64,000 nucleotides of DNA from an uncultured Elusimicrobia bacterium (GTDB lineage: Bacteria; Elusimicrobiota; Elusimicrobia; 2-01-FULL-59-12): assembly GCA_963702895.1 (NCBI GenBank), contig OY969767.1:224001-288000 (forward strand), written 5' to 3'. A program made the position numbers and the translations under genes. The notes under the pieces were generated by a model. The model searched no databases. It was given only the letters and a program-made list of their open reading frames with translations, and was not told the DNA's origin. Shown piece after piece: positions 17,778 through 27,461 of the stretch (position 1 is its first letter; each line of letters begins with the position of its first letter).

Positions 17778-19616
17778 TCAGTCGCGAGAGCGCCGTCCGA
17801 GGGCGATGACCGCGATTTGAGAAGCGGAAAAAGCCACAATCCAAAAGAAGGCTTTGTCCATGAAGCCGTAAGAGTGCAAGCCAATGCCCAGCATGTTGAC
17901 GCCAAACCAGGAAAAAGCGGTCACGACGTTTCCAAAAACGGCCATCGCCAGGATGCCCGCTCTGCCGCAGAAATTGCCGATGCGCGCATGCAGGATCAGC
18001 GCGTTCCAGAGCACAATCAACAGGGCCCCGTTTTCCTTGGGGTCCCAGCCCCAGAAGCGTCCCCAGGACTGATCGGCCCAGATGCCTCCCAGAATTGTGC
18101 CGAGGAAGCTGAAAAAGAGGCTAAAGCAAACGACACCATAAACCATTCGCTCAATTGAGGCGGCCGCTTGTTCTGTCCAGGAGCGGTCATAGCGTTGGCG
18201 GATGATAGAGACCACGGCCAAAAACCCGGAGAGGAAGGTCGATCCGTAGCCAATGGTGATCGTGACGACGTGAGTCGCCAGCCAAAAGTTGGAATCCAGG
18301 ACCGCCCGCATCATTTCCATCGTGTCGCCCGTGGTGGCAAGATGATGGGCAATGATCAGCGTGATGAAGCCGATCGCGGACCCGACGGCGCTTCCGACGC
18401 CATTTCTGTGGAGGCGCTCAAGGATGAGACCCAAAAGGACCGCGACCCATCCCACAAAGATGGCGGAAGAGTAAAGATTGGTGACCGGCGGCCGCCCCTG
18501 CAGAATAACGCGACAGGCCAGCCCCAGCGTGTGGGCCCCAAAGGCAAGGACGAGAAGCGCAAAGGCCGTACGGTTGAGCTCACGGGGCCAGAAGATCCAG
18601 GACAAAGACGCGAGAATGAGAGCCAGAACATAAATCACCAGGCTTCGATAAAAGGCCTGGAAGTGATTGAAGATGAACTCACGACGACCATGGGCGGCGT
18701 CCGTGCGCGCCATTTTCGTGAGCCATAGGCGGTAGTCGGCGATGGCTTGATTAAACGCCTCAGACTCATCTGCTCGCCAAGCATCCCCCATTTGGGCGTA
18801 AGCCAGGACGGCGGGATGAAAGGCGTCTTGACGGATCCGGCTGAGCACTCCATTGCCATAGGTCATCCAAGATTCCTGTTTCCACCACCCCGCGGGGGGG
18901 AGGGGGTAGAATTCCGCGGCCTCGTCCAGGAACCGGTAGCGCTCCAGATCTTTTATGAAAGGAGCCATGAGACCTTTCGCGTGGGCGGAGCTGGACATAT
19001 GGGCCTTGAGCGCCGGCCCCAGGCGCGTTTCAAAGTCACGGAGGCTCTTCATCGCGTCGCCTGTCCCGGCAATCTGCAGAGTGTTTTGCAGTTTTTGATA
19101 CAGGTTGATATGGCTGTGAAGATTGAGAATAGCCCGTTGATAAGGTGTCCGCTGGCCGGGCTTAAAAGAGTCTGCTTGCATGGCTTGGCGTTCGATTTCC
19201 TGGGCATGGGCCTGGAGATCGTTCCAAGAAAAACGGCGCTGGCTCGTTTGCACAATGCCCATGGCACCCAGGACATCGGGGTTGTCAATCGTGAAAACTT
19301 TATAGGCAGCGGCCTTGTCTTGTTTGAAGAGTACATCCACGAGCCAAGTAAGGGCTTTCAAAGACCCTTCAGGGGTGCGGACCGTTTGCTTGCCGGAAAG
19401 GATGAGCAGAGAGTTGCGCGCGATGGTATCGAGAGGCTTGGTGCGCCCGCCGTTAAGAACGGGGAGTTCTCCAAAGTCCCTCAGGTCGAAGGGCGACTTG
19501 GCTTTGCCTGGGAAGAGACCTGCGACAAGCCATAAGCTGATGAGAGTCGTGAAGATCGCAGGCAGTCGTCTCGTGAAGGATGTTGCTCGGGGGGGTGCGG
19601 GCCGCATGTGCGCCAT
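17778..19616 (-). CDS. ccsA: Cytochrome c biogenesis protein CcsA/ResC (system II) with large periplasmic N-terminal domain
   Basis: GRTKPLDTIAR, RPPVTNLYSS, WLATHV, WWD motif GGIWADQSWGRFWGWDPKEN, GLHSYG. Confidence 0.92.
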   Translation of the reverse strand: MAHMRPAPPRATSFTRRLPAIFTTLISLWLVAGLFPGKAKSPFDLRDFGELPVLNGGRTKPLDTIARNSLLILSGKQTVRTPEGSLKALTWLVDVLFKQDKAAAYKVFTIDNPDVLGAMGIVQTSQRRFSWNDLQAHAQEIERQAMQADSFKPGQRTPYQRAILNLHSHINLYQKLQNTLQIAGTGDAMKSLRDFETRLGPALKAHMSSSAHAKGLMAPFIKDLERYRFLDEAAEFYPLPPAGWWKQESWMTYGNGVLSRIRQDAFHPAVLAYAQMGDAWRADESEAFNQAIADYRLWLTKMARTDAAHGRREFIFNHFQAFYRSLVIYVLALILASLSWIFWPRELNRTAFALLVLAFGAHTLGLACRVILQGRPPVTNLYSSAIFVGWVAVLLGLILERLHRNGVGSAVGSAIGFITLIIAHHLATTGDTMEMMRAVLDSNFWLATHVVTITIGYGSTFLSGFLAVVSIIRQRYDRSWTEQAAASIERMVYGVVCFSLFFSFLGTILGGIWADQSWGRFWGWDPKENGALLIVLWNALILHARIGNFCGRAGILAMAVFGNVVTAFSWFGVNMLGIGLHSYGFMDKAFFWIVAFSASQIAVIALGRRSRD

Positions 19617-19645
19617 TCTAATAGATTCTCGGCTTGCGAAGTGAC

Positions 19646-21841
19646 TCAGAGACGTTCAAGGCTCGCGTACTTGACTAGGAGTTTTTTCCACTGGCCGTTG
19701 TCAAAGAGGACCACCACTTTGAGAGATTCGCCGGCACCGCTTTTCTCCATGATTTTTCCGTTGCCGAATTCGGCATGCCGCACGCGAGCGCCCACTTGAA
19801 ACGGCGTCCCGAGTCTCGCGTCCAGGGTCCCGAACCCTGCATCGTGGGCGGATCTCTTGTCCAAAGAGACTTCTTGCATGGTCTGAGCCGACGCGGGACT
19901 CGAGACGCGAGACACAGGACGTATGGAAACGCCAGCTTCCTCTATAAAGCGCGAAGGGGCGTTCCAGCGCGCGTGGCCAAAGAGTCGGCGGCTTGCCGCC
20001 CAGGTGAAATGAAGTTCACGTTTCGCGCGCGTCATGCCCACATAGCAAAGGCGGCGCTCTTCCTCCAGGTCTTCCTGCGAAAAATCTGATTCCCCGATGG
20101 GAAAGAGCCCTTCCTCCATGCCGGTCAGAAAAACGCTCGTAAACTCGAGCCCCTTGGCGAGGTGGACGGTCATGAGCGTCACGTAATTGGGGCCGGATTC
20201 GATTTCATCGGTGTCCGCCACCAGCGACACCTGCTCGAGAAACCCCGCTGTCGATTTATCCTCGGAGGATTCCAGGTATTCTTCCACCGCGTTCAACAAT
20301 TCCCGGATATTGGCAGCCCTGGCTTGGGACTCGGCATCGTCGTCACATTCCAGCTCTTTGAGGTAGCCCGTGGCCTCCAGGACCCCGGCCGCCATTTCAT
20401 AAGCGTTGAAGAGGTCGCGTTTGGCCATCAGCTCCGAGAGCAACTTGTGGAACTCGAAGGCAGCGGTCTTCGCGCGAGACGTAAGGCCGGGGATCTCTCT
20501 GGCCTTCTCGAGAGCATTGAAAAGGGAGAGCTTATGTTCCTGGGCGTACTTTTCAAGGGCCTCCAGCGTCGTTTTGCCCAGCGCCCGGGCCGGAACGTTG
20601 ATGATGCGCTTGAGGCTCAAGGTGTCCGCGGGGTTCATGATGACGCGCAGATAGGCGATCACATTCCTCACTTCCGCCCGCTCATAGAAGCGTACAGAAC
20701 CAATGATCTTATAAGGGATTTCCAGGCGCCTGAGCGCGTCTTCCAGGACGCGCGATTGCGCGTTGATCCGGTAAAACACGGCGAAGTCCGCGTACCGATA
20801 GTCCGCACTCCGTGTTTTCTGGTAGATGGCGCTCGCCACGGCGAGCGCCTCTTCCCTCTCGTCCGCGAATTCGGTCGCGGAGACCGGGTCTCCCGTCATT
20901 TTTTCCGTCCAGAGCTTCTTGTCCTTGCGAAATTGGTTATGGCGGACCACGCTCCAGGCCGCGTCCAAGATCGGCTTGGTGGAACGGTAGTTCTGCTCGA
21001 GCTTGACGACTTTCGCTTCGGGGTATTCCTTTTCAAACTCGAGGATATTGCGGATGTCCGCTCCCCTCCATACATAGACACATTGGTCATCGTCCCCGAC
21101 GACGCAAAGGTTGCGGTGCTGGGCGGAGAGGGTCTTGATGAGGACATACTGCGCGCGGTTGGTGTCCTGATACTCATCGACCATGATGTGCTGGAAGCGC
21201 TGCTGGAGTTTTTCGCGCACCTGAGCCGTGTCACGCAGGAGTTCCACGCTTTTCATGATGAGATCGCCAAAATCGAGCGCGTTCGAAGCGATGAGCTTTT
21301 TCTGGTAGAGGTGATAGACCGAGGCCACCATCTGGCGAAAGGGGTCTGGGGACGTGAGCGCATGGATTTGATAGGAAGCAGCATCAATGAGCTCATCTTT
21401 GGAGCGCGAAATCATGGCGACGAGCACCCCGGGCTTAAATTTCTTCTCGTCGAGACTGAGCTCGGCGAGGCAATCTTTCACGAGCTCTTTTTGATCATGA
21501 TCGTCATAGATCACAAAATGAGGGGAAAGCTGGATCGCCTTGCCTTCGCGCCGCAAGAGTTGCGCGCAAAACCGGTGGAAGGTGGAGATGAGGACCCCTT
21601 GTCCCCGGCCTCCGGTCAATTGGTCGACGCGGTGGCGCATTTCTTCCGCCGCCTTGTTCGTAAAGGTGACCGCAAGGATATTCCAGGGGGCCGCGCCGCC
21701 TTCCAGGAGGTGGACGATCCGGGAGGTGATCACGCGGGTTTTGCCGGATCCCGCGCCAGCAAGGATCAGAAGCGGTCCCTTGATGTGCAGGACCGCTTCC
21801 CGTTGGGGATCGTTTAAGGATGAAAGCCAGGAATTGCTCAT
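19646..21841 (-). CDS. pcrA: ATP-dependent DNA helicase PcrA/UvrD
   Basis: LAGAGSGKT, TFTNKAA, VDEYQD, VGDDDQ, LEQNYRS, AKGLEF, EERRLCYVGMTRA, C-terminal Tudor-like domain. Confidence 0.97.
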   Translation of the reverse strand: MSNSWLSSLNDPQREAVLHIKGPLLILAGAGSGKTRVITSRIVHLLEGGAAPWNILAVTFTNKAAEEMRHRVDQLTGGRGQGVLISTFHRFCAQLLRREGKAIQLSPHFVIYDDHDQKELVKDCLAELSLDEKKFKPGVLVAMISRSKDELIDAASYQIHALTSPDPFRQMVASVYHLYQKKLIASNALDFGDLIMKSVELLRDTAQVREKLQQRFQHIMVDEYQDTNRAQYVLIKTLSAQHRNLCVVGDDDQCVYVWRGADIRNILEFEKEYPEAKVVKLEQNYRSTKPILDAAWSVVRHNQFRKDKKLWTEKMTGDPVSATEFADEREEALAVASAIYQKTRSADYRYADFAVFYRINAQSRVLEDALRRLEIPYKIIGSVRFYERAEVRNVIAYLRVIMNPADTLSLKRIINVPARALGKTTLEALEKYAQEHKLSLFNALEKAREIPGLTSRAKTAAFEFHKLLSELMAKRDLFNAYEMAAGVLEATGYLKELECDDDAESQARAANIRELLNAVEEYLESSEDKSTAGFLEQVSLVADTDEIESGPNYVTLMTVHLAKGLEFTSVFLTGMEEGLFPIGESDFSQEDLEEERRLCYVGMTRAKRELHFTWAASRRLFGHARWNAPSRFIEEAGVSIRPVSRVSSPASAQTMQEVSLDKRSAHDAGFGTLDARLGTPFQVGARVRHAEFGNGKIMEKSGAGESLKVVVLFDNGQWKKLLVKYASLERL
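19805..19921. repeat. Inverted 7-mer arrays inside the pcrA coding linker
   Basis: CGTCCCG/AGTCTCG/CGTCCAG/GGTCCCG (19805-19832) vs CGGGACT/CGAGACG/CGAGACA/CAGGACG (19894-19921). Confidence 0.75.
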
Positions 21842-21852
21842 GGTTTGGAACG

Positions 21853-23065
21853 CTATTCGTAGAAATGGATCGCTTGCAGGATGGCCTGCCAATCCTGCGC
21901 CATTTGTCGCATCAGTCGTGAATCTCCCTCTAAATTGAACAACCACCGCGCTCGGGGACTCCACACCCAGAGGTCCTGGCCGCGAACAAAGCGACCTTTC
22001 ACCGTATTCTCATAAACCAGCTGATAGGCCGGAAGACCGTGGAAAGGTTCTTCCGATTCCAGGACGATCGTAGAAACCCTTCACTTTAAGGGACTTGCGC
22101 GCTTCTTCCTTTTCTTGCGGTGTCATTTCCCGAGAGGAAGCTGCCAAGGTATCAACCACCGCTGAAAACGCCAACTGCATTTTATCACGGGCAATGGTAG
22201 CACCAAGTTGTCGGTCGTCTGCGACACCGATCAGCCAATCTTCAGGGATCTCGATTTTGGCGCCCCCGGTCTGATGCACCCAGAGGCCGCCGTGAGAGGG
22301 GGCCTTCAATTTGCCGGAGCCTTCCCGTGAGAGCAAGTGGATGGTGCTGAGCCAATTTTGGTAATCCTGCACGATCCAGGGGAAGCTGTCGCGAGCGGCT
22401 TTGAGCGTCAGAACATAAAAGCGGTTATCTTTGAAGAAGTAGACCGACTGGTGCTGCGTCGTGCCTTCCGTCCCCTCCAGGAGCCATGTGACTTCGTAGG
22501 CGTTTTGCCCGGCCAGCGTCCGGGTCGTGCCGGCCAGGAGGCGTGAGCCTGCGGAGCGAACTGCAAGGTCACGGGTCGCAAAGTTTTTGAGGATGTCGAC
22601 GGATGTGTCCGAAGACAGGCGCGAGGGATCCACAGGTTCCGAGATCTGGCAGACGATCGAGGCCTCTGTTCCTTCCTGGGTTTTGCGGGTGAGAAGCGGC
22701 CCAAAAGGAAAGGAGGAGCCCATCTCCCAGTTTGCTGGGATTCCGAAGCTGAGCTTGGCGTCGCTGAAGAACAGGCGCGGCGGTGTGTCGACGGCAGCGC
22801 AGAGCGAGCAGAGCAAAGTGAGCAGCGAGCAAGCCAAGAACAAGGAATGTCCTAGCCGGAAATAATGTCTTGTATTATGCTTATCAGTGTAGGTGTTGGA
22901 AAAATATTTCTCCGTCATCCCGGCATGTCGTAAGCCGGGATCCATCATGGAATTTACATCAATGATAGACCCCGGCTGACGTCCGCCGGGGTGACGGCTT
23001 AGCTGAGCTATTTCATTCAGTTGTTTGCTCGGCTCTGTTCGCTGCTCTCTGTTCGCTCTCGTCAT
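21853..23065 (-). pseudogene. Secreted protein with two tandem PsbP/DcrB-like domains; frameshift near 22072 (pseudogene or assembly error)
   Basis: ORF 22010-23065 continues in the +1 frame as TIVLESEEPFHGLPAYQLVY...QDWQAILQAIHFYE* (stop 21853), mirroring domain 1 (LAGQNAYEVTW...QDYQNWLSTIHLL). Confidence 0.75.
22856..22998 (-). mobile_element. 143-bp MITE-like unit with REP-like core (22914-22995), inserted in frame in the N-terminus of the upstream gene
   Basis: Flanked by CTAG (22852-22855) and TTAG (22999-23002); tail ends TTCCGG like other copies; 143+4 = 147 bp = 49 codons; bracketed by inverted 7-mer arrays (22796-22830 / 23027-23060). Confidence 0.7.
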
Positions 23066-24213
23066 TAGCGGTGCTCCATCAAAACCACGGTTTCCACATG
23101 CGCCGTATGGGGGAACAGGTCCACCGGTTGCGCACTCGCTATCCTATAAAAGGGAACGAGGCCTTGGAGGTCTCTCGCGAGCGATTCAGGGTTGCAAGAG
23201 ACATAAGCGAGGCGTGGGGGGTTGATTTCAAGCAAGGCCGAAAGCGCCTTCGGGTGAAGTCCAACGCGCGGTGGATCAACGACCATGGCGGAGATTTGGA
23301 TGGACACTTTTGAGCCGGGAAGCTTCTTCAGGAATTCAAGCGCGTCTTCACAGACAAACTCCACATTCTGGAGCTCATTGAGCTTTGCGTTCTTGAGAGC
23401 GTCTTCAATCGCGCTCTGGTTGGAGTCAATGCCGATGACCCGCTCAAAAGCGTCAGCCAGGGCGAGTGTGATGCCGCCGGAACCGCAATAGAGGTCAAGT
23501 AAGGTTCCGCCGATGGAGGACCCCCAATCCCTCAGCAGCGCATAGAGCCTTTCCGTTCCATGGGTATTGGTCTGGAAAAATGAAAACGGAGAAATCTGAT
23601 AGGTGCGGTTGATCAAACGCTCCGTGATGCTGCCTGGGCCCCAGAGAAGGCGCATCTCCTTGGCCTGGGCGACGTCGCTTTTGTCGTCTGTCACGCCAAG
23701 CCATAAGGTGGAAAGGCTGTCACGGAAGTCCTCAAGCGTCTTCGTCGCGAACTTCGATGCGCCGAGGGAGGTCGCAAGCAGAACGCCCATGCGATCACCG
23801 GTGTTCTTGCCCTCACGCAGGACAAGATAGCGCAAATCTCCTTCATGCCGTTTTCGGTGGTAGCCCGTGAGACTCTGGCTTTTGGCCCAGGCGCGGACGC
23901 GCTGAAGGAGGCTCACGGCATGTTCCGACATCAGCCCGCAGGTCTGCAGGTCCACGACGCGGTCGAATCGCCCTTCTTGCCGGAGCCCCAGGACGAGCGC
24001 GTCGTCCCAGACGGCGAAGGCAAACTCCATTTTATTCCGATAGTGCCAGGGTTCAGGTGAAGGGAGAATCGGCTTCCAAGCGCGCACTTCATAGGGCTTG
24101 AGAAGATCCTTCACGAGGGTTTCTTTTTTGATGAGCTCTTCCGGGTAAGGCAGAGGACGCCCCCCAGGCTGGCAGCGACAGCCCCCGCAAACCCCAAAAT
24201 GCATGCAATTCAT
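23065..24213 (-). CDS. rlmD: 23S rRNA (uracil-C5)-methyltransferase, RlmD/TrmA family
   Basis: C.HFGVCGGC, YRNKMEF, SFFQTN, DLYCGSG, DPPR.GL, YVSCNPESLARDL, DLFPHTAHVE. Confidence 0.93.
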   Translation of the reverse strand: MNCMHFGVCGGCRCQPGGRPLPYPEELIKKETLVKDLLKPYEVRAWKPILPSPEPWHYRNKMEFAFAVWDDALVLGLRQEGRFDRVVDLQTCGLMSEHAVSLLQRVRAWAKSQSLTGYHRKRHEGDLRYLVLREGKNTGDRMGVLLATSLGASKFATKTLEDFRDSLSTLWLGVTDDKSDVAQAKEMRLLWGPGSITERLINRTYQISPFSFFQTNTHGTERLYALLRDWGSSIGGTLLDLYCGSGGITLALADAFERVIGIDSNQSAIEDALKNAKLNELQNVEFVCEDALEFLKKLPGSKVSIQISAMVVDPPRVGLHPKALSALLEINPPRLAYVSCNPESLARDLQGLVPFYRIASAQPVDLFPHTAHVETVVLMEHR

Positions 24214-24274
24214 GGGGTCAAAATCATCGCATTTTTTCGTTGCAAATTTTTCCTGAAGGTGGTAGGAATACGTC

Positions 24275-25375
24275 ATGTCTATTCCTCCTTCCTCTCCGCT
24301 GCCTACGTCGGCGGATGACTACGGACCCATCACGCCTTATCTGGCATCCCACGATGTGTCGGAAATTATGGTGAATGGCCCCAACAAAATCTTTATCGAG
24401 CAGTTCGGTAAAATTACGCAGGTCGAGCGAAGGTTTCCGACGGAAGGGGAGGTGCTGCGGGTCGTGCGTCAGCTCTTAGCCCTGGCAGGCAAAACCATGT
24501 CTCCACAAAACCCCATGATCGATTGCCGCTTGAGCGACGGCTCACGCATGACGGTGACCACGCCGCCGGTCACGGCCCAAACCTGTTTTACCATTCGCCG
24601 GCCGACCCACCAAACGCATGATTTGAGCGAGCTCGTGACCCGAGGGGCCTTGTCCACGGCCATGGCGGATGTCTTGCGCATTGCGGTCCAGATGCGCTTG
24701 AACATCCTCATTTCGGGGGGGACAAGCAGCGGCAAAACAACCCTCTTAAATGCTTTGGCATCCTGTATTCCGAAAACGAGCCGCATTGTGACCATCGAAG
24801 ACACGTACGAGATCTCCCTCTCCCATCCCAACTGGCTGGCGCTCGAGACGGTGACACAGGGCCGAGGCGAAGGCAGGGCCGTCATTGGCATACGAGCGCT
24901 CGTCTCCCATGCGCTCCATTTGCGACCAGACCGAATCCTCCTGGGGGAAATTCGTGGTGGTGAAGCTTTGGATGTGCTGCAGGCCATGAACTCGGGCCAT
25001 GACGGCTCCATGGCCACCATTCACGCCAGCTCCCCTATGGACGTGATTTCCAGGCTTGAGACGTTGGTTCTTATGGCGGGCTATGAAATCCCTCTCACCG
25101 CAGTCCGTCAGCAGATCGCGCGCGCCATTCATCTCATTGTGCAGACGCGTCGCGCGGCCGATGGCAACCGCCAAATCCTTGCGATCAGTGAAGTCAAGGG
25201 CATGGAGGAGGGACGTGTCATGATGCAGGATATATTCATGTTTGGACGCAATAAAGCGGGGCAAGTGGGCTATTTCGCGACCGGTTACGCGCCCCTCTTT
25301 CTGCAACAAGCCGCAGCTTACGGGATCCAAATCCCCGGTCATCTCTTCTCTCTTTCACCTTCCTCAAACGGATAA
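24275..25375 (+). CDS. CpaF/TadA-family secretion ATPase
   Basis: VSEIMVNG, SGGTSSGKTTLLNAL, TIEDTYE, LRPDRILLGEIRGGEA, AMNSGHDGSMATIHA. Confidence 0.93.
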   Translation: MSIPPSSPLPTSADDYGPITPYLASHDVSEIMVNGPNKIFIEQFGKITQVERRFPTEGEVLRVVRQLLALAGKTMSPQNPMIDCRLSDGSRMTVTTPPVTAQTCFTIRRPTHQTHDLSELVTRGALSTAMADVLRIAVQMRLNILISGGTSSGKTTLLNALASCIPKTSRIVTIEDTYEISLSHPNWLALETVTQGRGEGRAVIGIRALVSHALHLRPDRILLGEIRGGEALDVLQAMNSGHDGSMATIHASSPMDVISRLETLVLMAGYEIPLTAVRQQIARAIHLIVQTRRAADGNRQILAISEVKGMEEGRVMMQDIFMFGRNKAGQVGYFATGYAPLFLQQAAAYGIQIPGHLFSLSPSSNG

Positions 25376-25393
25376 AATTGCTATTGTTGTCCT

Positions 25394-25798
25394 ATGAATT
25401 GGCCTCGTATCGGCAGGGGTGGAGCTTTGGCCGCGCTTGCGCTCTTGGTGTATGACATGGGGGTGATGGTGCTCAGCCAGAGAATCTTCGTTTCAGAGCC
25501 TAATTTGGCGTGGGCCGAGCTCGGCCCGATCGCGCTTTCTTTGATTCTGCCCAACCTGGTCACCGGCTTTCTGCTTTGCTGGATGTATGTGCTCGCGAGG
25601 CCTCGTCTTGGCCCTGGCCCGAAAACCGCGATTTTGACGGGAACGATAGGTTTTGCCTTCGCGAACCCGCATTACTTTGGCGTGACGGTCTTCCTGGTTT
25701 CTGGACTGGGGGCGTTCCTGCAAATCGGAGCGGTCTGGCTGAAATTCGCTTTAGCGACCTACCTGGCGGGATGGCAGTACCTTGAGAAGGCTCCATAG
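25394..25798 (+). CDS. Hypothetical membrane protein (about 4 TM)
   Basis: Hydrophobic segments, RPRLGPGPKTA loop; extended -10 TGcTATTGT 6 nt upstream. Confidence 0.75.
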   Translation: MNWPRIGRGGALAALALLVYDMGVMVLSQRIFVSEPNLAWAELGPIALSLILPNLVTGFLLCWMYVLARPRLGPGPKTAILTGTIGFAFANPHYFGVTVFLVSGLGAFLQIGAVWLKFALATYLAGWQYLEKAP

Positions 25799-26603
25799 TA
25801 CCTTCCCAAAGCAGATCGTTGATAGCAGAAGCCGAAAGAGTCAGCTTCAAGCGTTTTTGCTTTTTGCTTTCGTTTTTCTGCTCTCTCCTTTTGCGACGGC
25901 TGCCGATTCTGCTTTGGGCATGGTGTCCGGGTTCGTGAAGTTTCCGGGGGAAACCCCCCCACGCCACATGTTCGCCAATCCCGCCGATCACGACTGTCCG
26001 CATGGCATCCCTCAGAACCATCTGGTCGTCAAACAAGAGACGCGAGGGCTCGCCAACGCTTTGGTCGTCCTTGATCGCAAGGAGAAAAGAATCATGCCGT
26101 CCCTTCTGAAGTCGGAGCTTGCGACGGTCGGCTGTCAACTTCGGCCGCGGATGCAATGGGCGGCGCTGGGAACAAGCCTGGCGTTATTCAACAAGGATGG
26201 GGCCTCTCATCGCTTGCGCGCCTACCGAAAAGACGATGTGCTCTTCGATGTCAAGCTCGGTCCGGGAGGGCCTCCCGTGCGCCGGCCCCTGGTGGTGGCC
26301 GGTCTCTACAAAATTAATTGCGGCCGGCATCCTTGGGAGAGGGCCTGGATCTATGTCTCTCCCCATGATTCCGTCGCCGTCTCGGACCAGGAGGGACGCT
26401 TCCTGATCAAGAATGTCCCGCCGGGGCACTATCGACTTCGTGTCCGACATGAAGGATGGGATCTCGACACTTTCAATAAGGGCACGCGACTGGAGTACAT
26501 CCCCATGCAAGAAGATAAGCCGGTCCTGGTCCAGAAGGATCAGAATGCCGAAGTGATTTTCGACAACCTCACCGGCGGACTTGAATTCGATCCTGCAAAT
26601 TGA
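25782..26603 (+). CDS. Secreted protein with cupredoxin-like and carboxypeptidase-regulatory-like beta-sandwich domains (start uncertain)
   Basis: Signal peptide, GMVSGFVKF, NCGRHPWERAWIYV, AVSDQEGRFLIKNVPPGHYRLRVRHE. Confidence 0.7.
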   Translation: MRRLHSTFPKQIVDSRSRKSQLQAFLLFAFVFLLSPFATAADSALGMVSGFVKFPGETPPRHMFANPADHDCPHGIPQNHLVVKQETRGLANALVVLDRKEKRIMPSLLKSELATVGCQLRPRMQWAALGTSLALFNKDGASHRLRAYRKDDVLFDVKLGPGGPPVRRPLVVAGLYKINCGRHPWERAWIYVSPHDSVAVSDQEGRFLIKNVPPGHYRLRVRHEGWDLDTFNKGTRLEYIPMQEDKPVLVQKDQNAEVIFDNLTGGLEFDPAN

Positions 26604-26732
26604 GGCCAGGGGCCCAATTTGATATAAGGGCGTGTTCAAAAAAATCCCCAACAACATGAAAAAGAACACGACGCCAGGTCCCCGGCCGTTCGGCAGACTC
26701 TATTTAACAGACAGGTCCCGTCGGGAGCTGAG

Positions 26733-27461
26733 ATGACGCTTCGTCAATATTCCGCATTATTCGCGATGGCCGCCTTTTTTCTGGTTTTTGCGGGCGGCAG
26801 GGTGGCGAGCACAGACTCGGCCCTTGCGGTCATGGTGATCACGATGGTGGTGCTTTTGACGGTGATCCTGGCCGTCTGGCTCTGGCACAAAGGGGGCGAG
26901 CCCTTGCTCAAGAAAGCGGGGCTTGTGGCGGTCGCGCTTGTGGGCGCGCAAGGGGCCTTGGGCGTTGCGGCGGCACTTCGCGAGCTCCCAGCGGTCTCTT
27001 CGGTGGGCCAAGCCTGCCTTGGACAACTCTTCTTTGGATGGACCTGTTGCATAGCGGCCATGGTGTGGTCGAGACGTTCAGCCTTTCCCTACCCCGAGGC
27101 CCGTCCACTCCGCAGGCTGGCTCTCATGACGACAGGCTTCGCATTTTTCCAGCTCCTCTCGGGCGCGATCTATCGGCAGACGGGCTTCTTGCTGCATGTT
27201 CATTTCTTGGGCGCCGCGCTGGTCTTTGCTCATGTCCTCTTGCTTGCCAAACGATTGCGAAGCACCCTGAGACAGGATTTTTGGTTCGCCAGACTCGCGA
27301 TGATTCTGGTCGGGCTTGCGTTTCTGCAGATCAGCTTGGGCTTCTACGCCTGGCAGCGTCCGACCCTTCCCAACACCGCCGCGCATGTGGCGGTCGGGGC
27401 GCTGATCCTGGCGGGATGTGCTGTCGTTTCTCTGCAGAGTTTTCGGAGAGTCGGCGCTTGA
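26733..27461 (+). CDS. COX15/CtaA (heme A synthase)-like membrane protein, degenerate N-terminal half
   Basis: GGRVASTDSALAV, QGALG, SVGQACLGQLFF, QLLSGAIYRQ, HFLGA, QISLG, AHVAVGAL. Confidence 0.7.
   Translation: MTLRQYSALFAMAAFFLVFAGGRVASTDSALAVMVITMVVLLTVILAVWLWHKGGEPLLKKAGLVAVALVGAQGALGVAAALRELPAVSSVGQACLGQLFFGWTCCIAAMVWSRRSAFPYPEARPLRRLALMTTGFAFFQLLSGAIYRQTGFLLHVHFLGAALVFAHVLLLAKRLRSTLRQDFWFARLAMILVGLAFLQISLGFYAWQRPTLPNTAAHVAVGALILAGCAVVSLQSFRRVGA

Noticed and set aside
20162..21817. 551-aa plus-strand ORF and similar long ORFs (9328-10065, 10294-11118, 30173-31150, 42613-43674, 51152-52000, 61296-61988)
   Set aside because: Antisense shadows of well-conserved genes in a GC-rich genome; no recognisable motifs.
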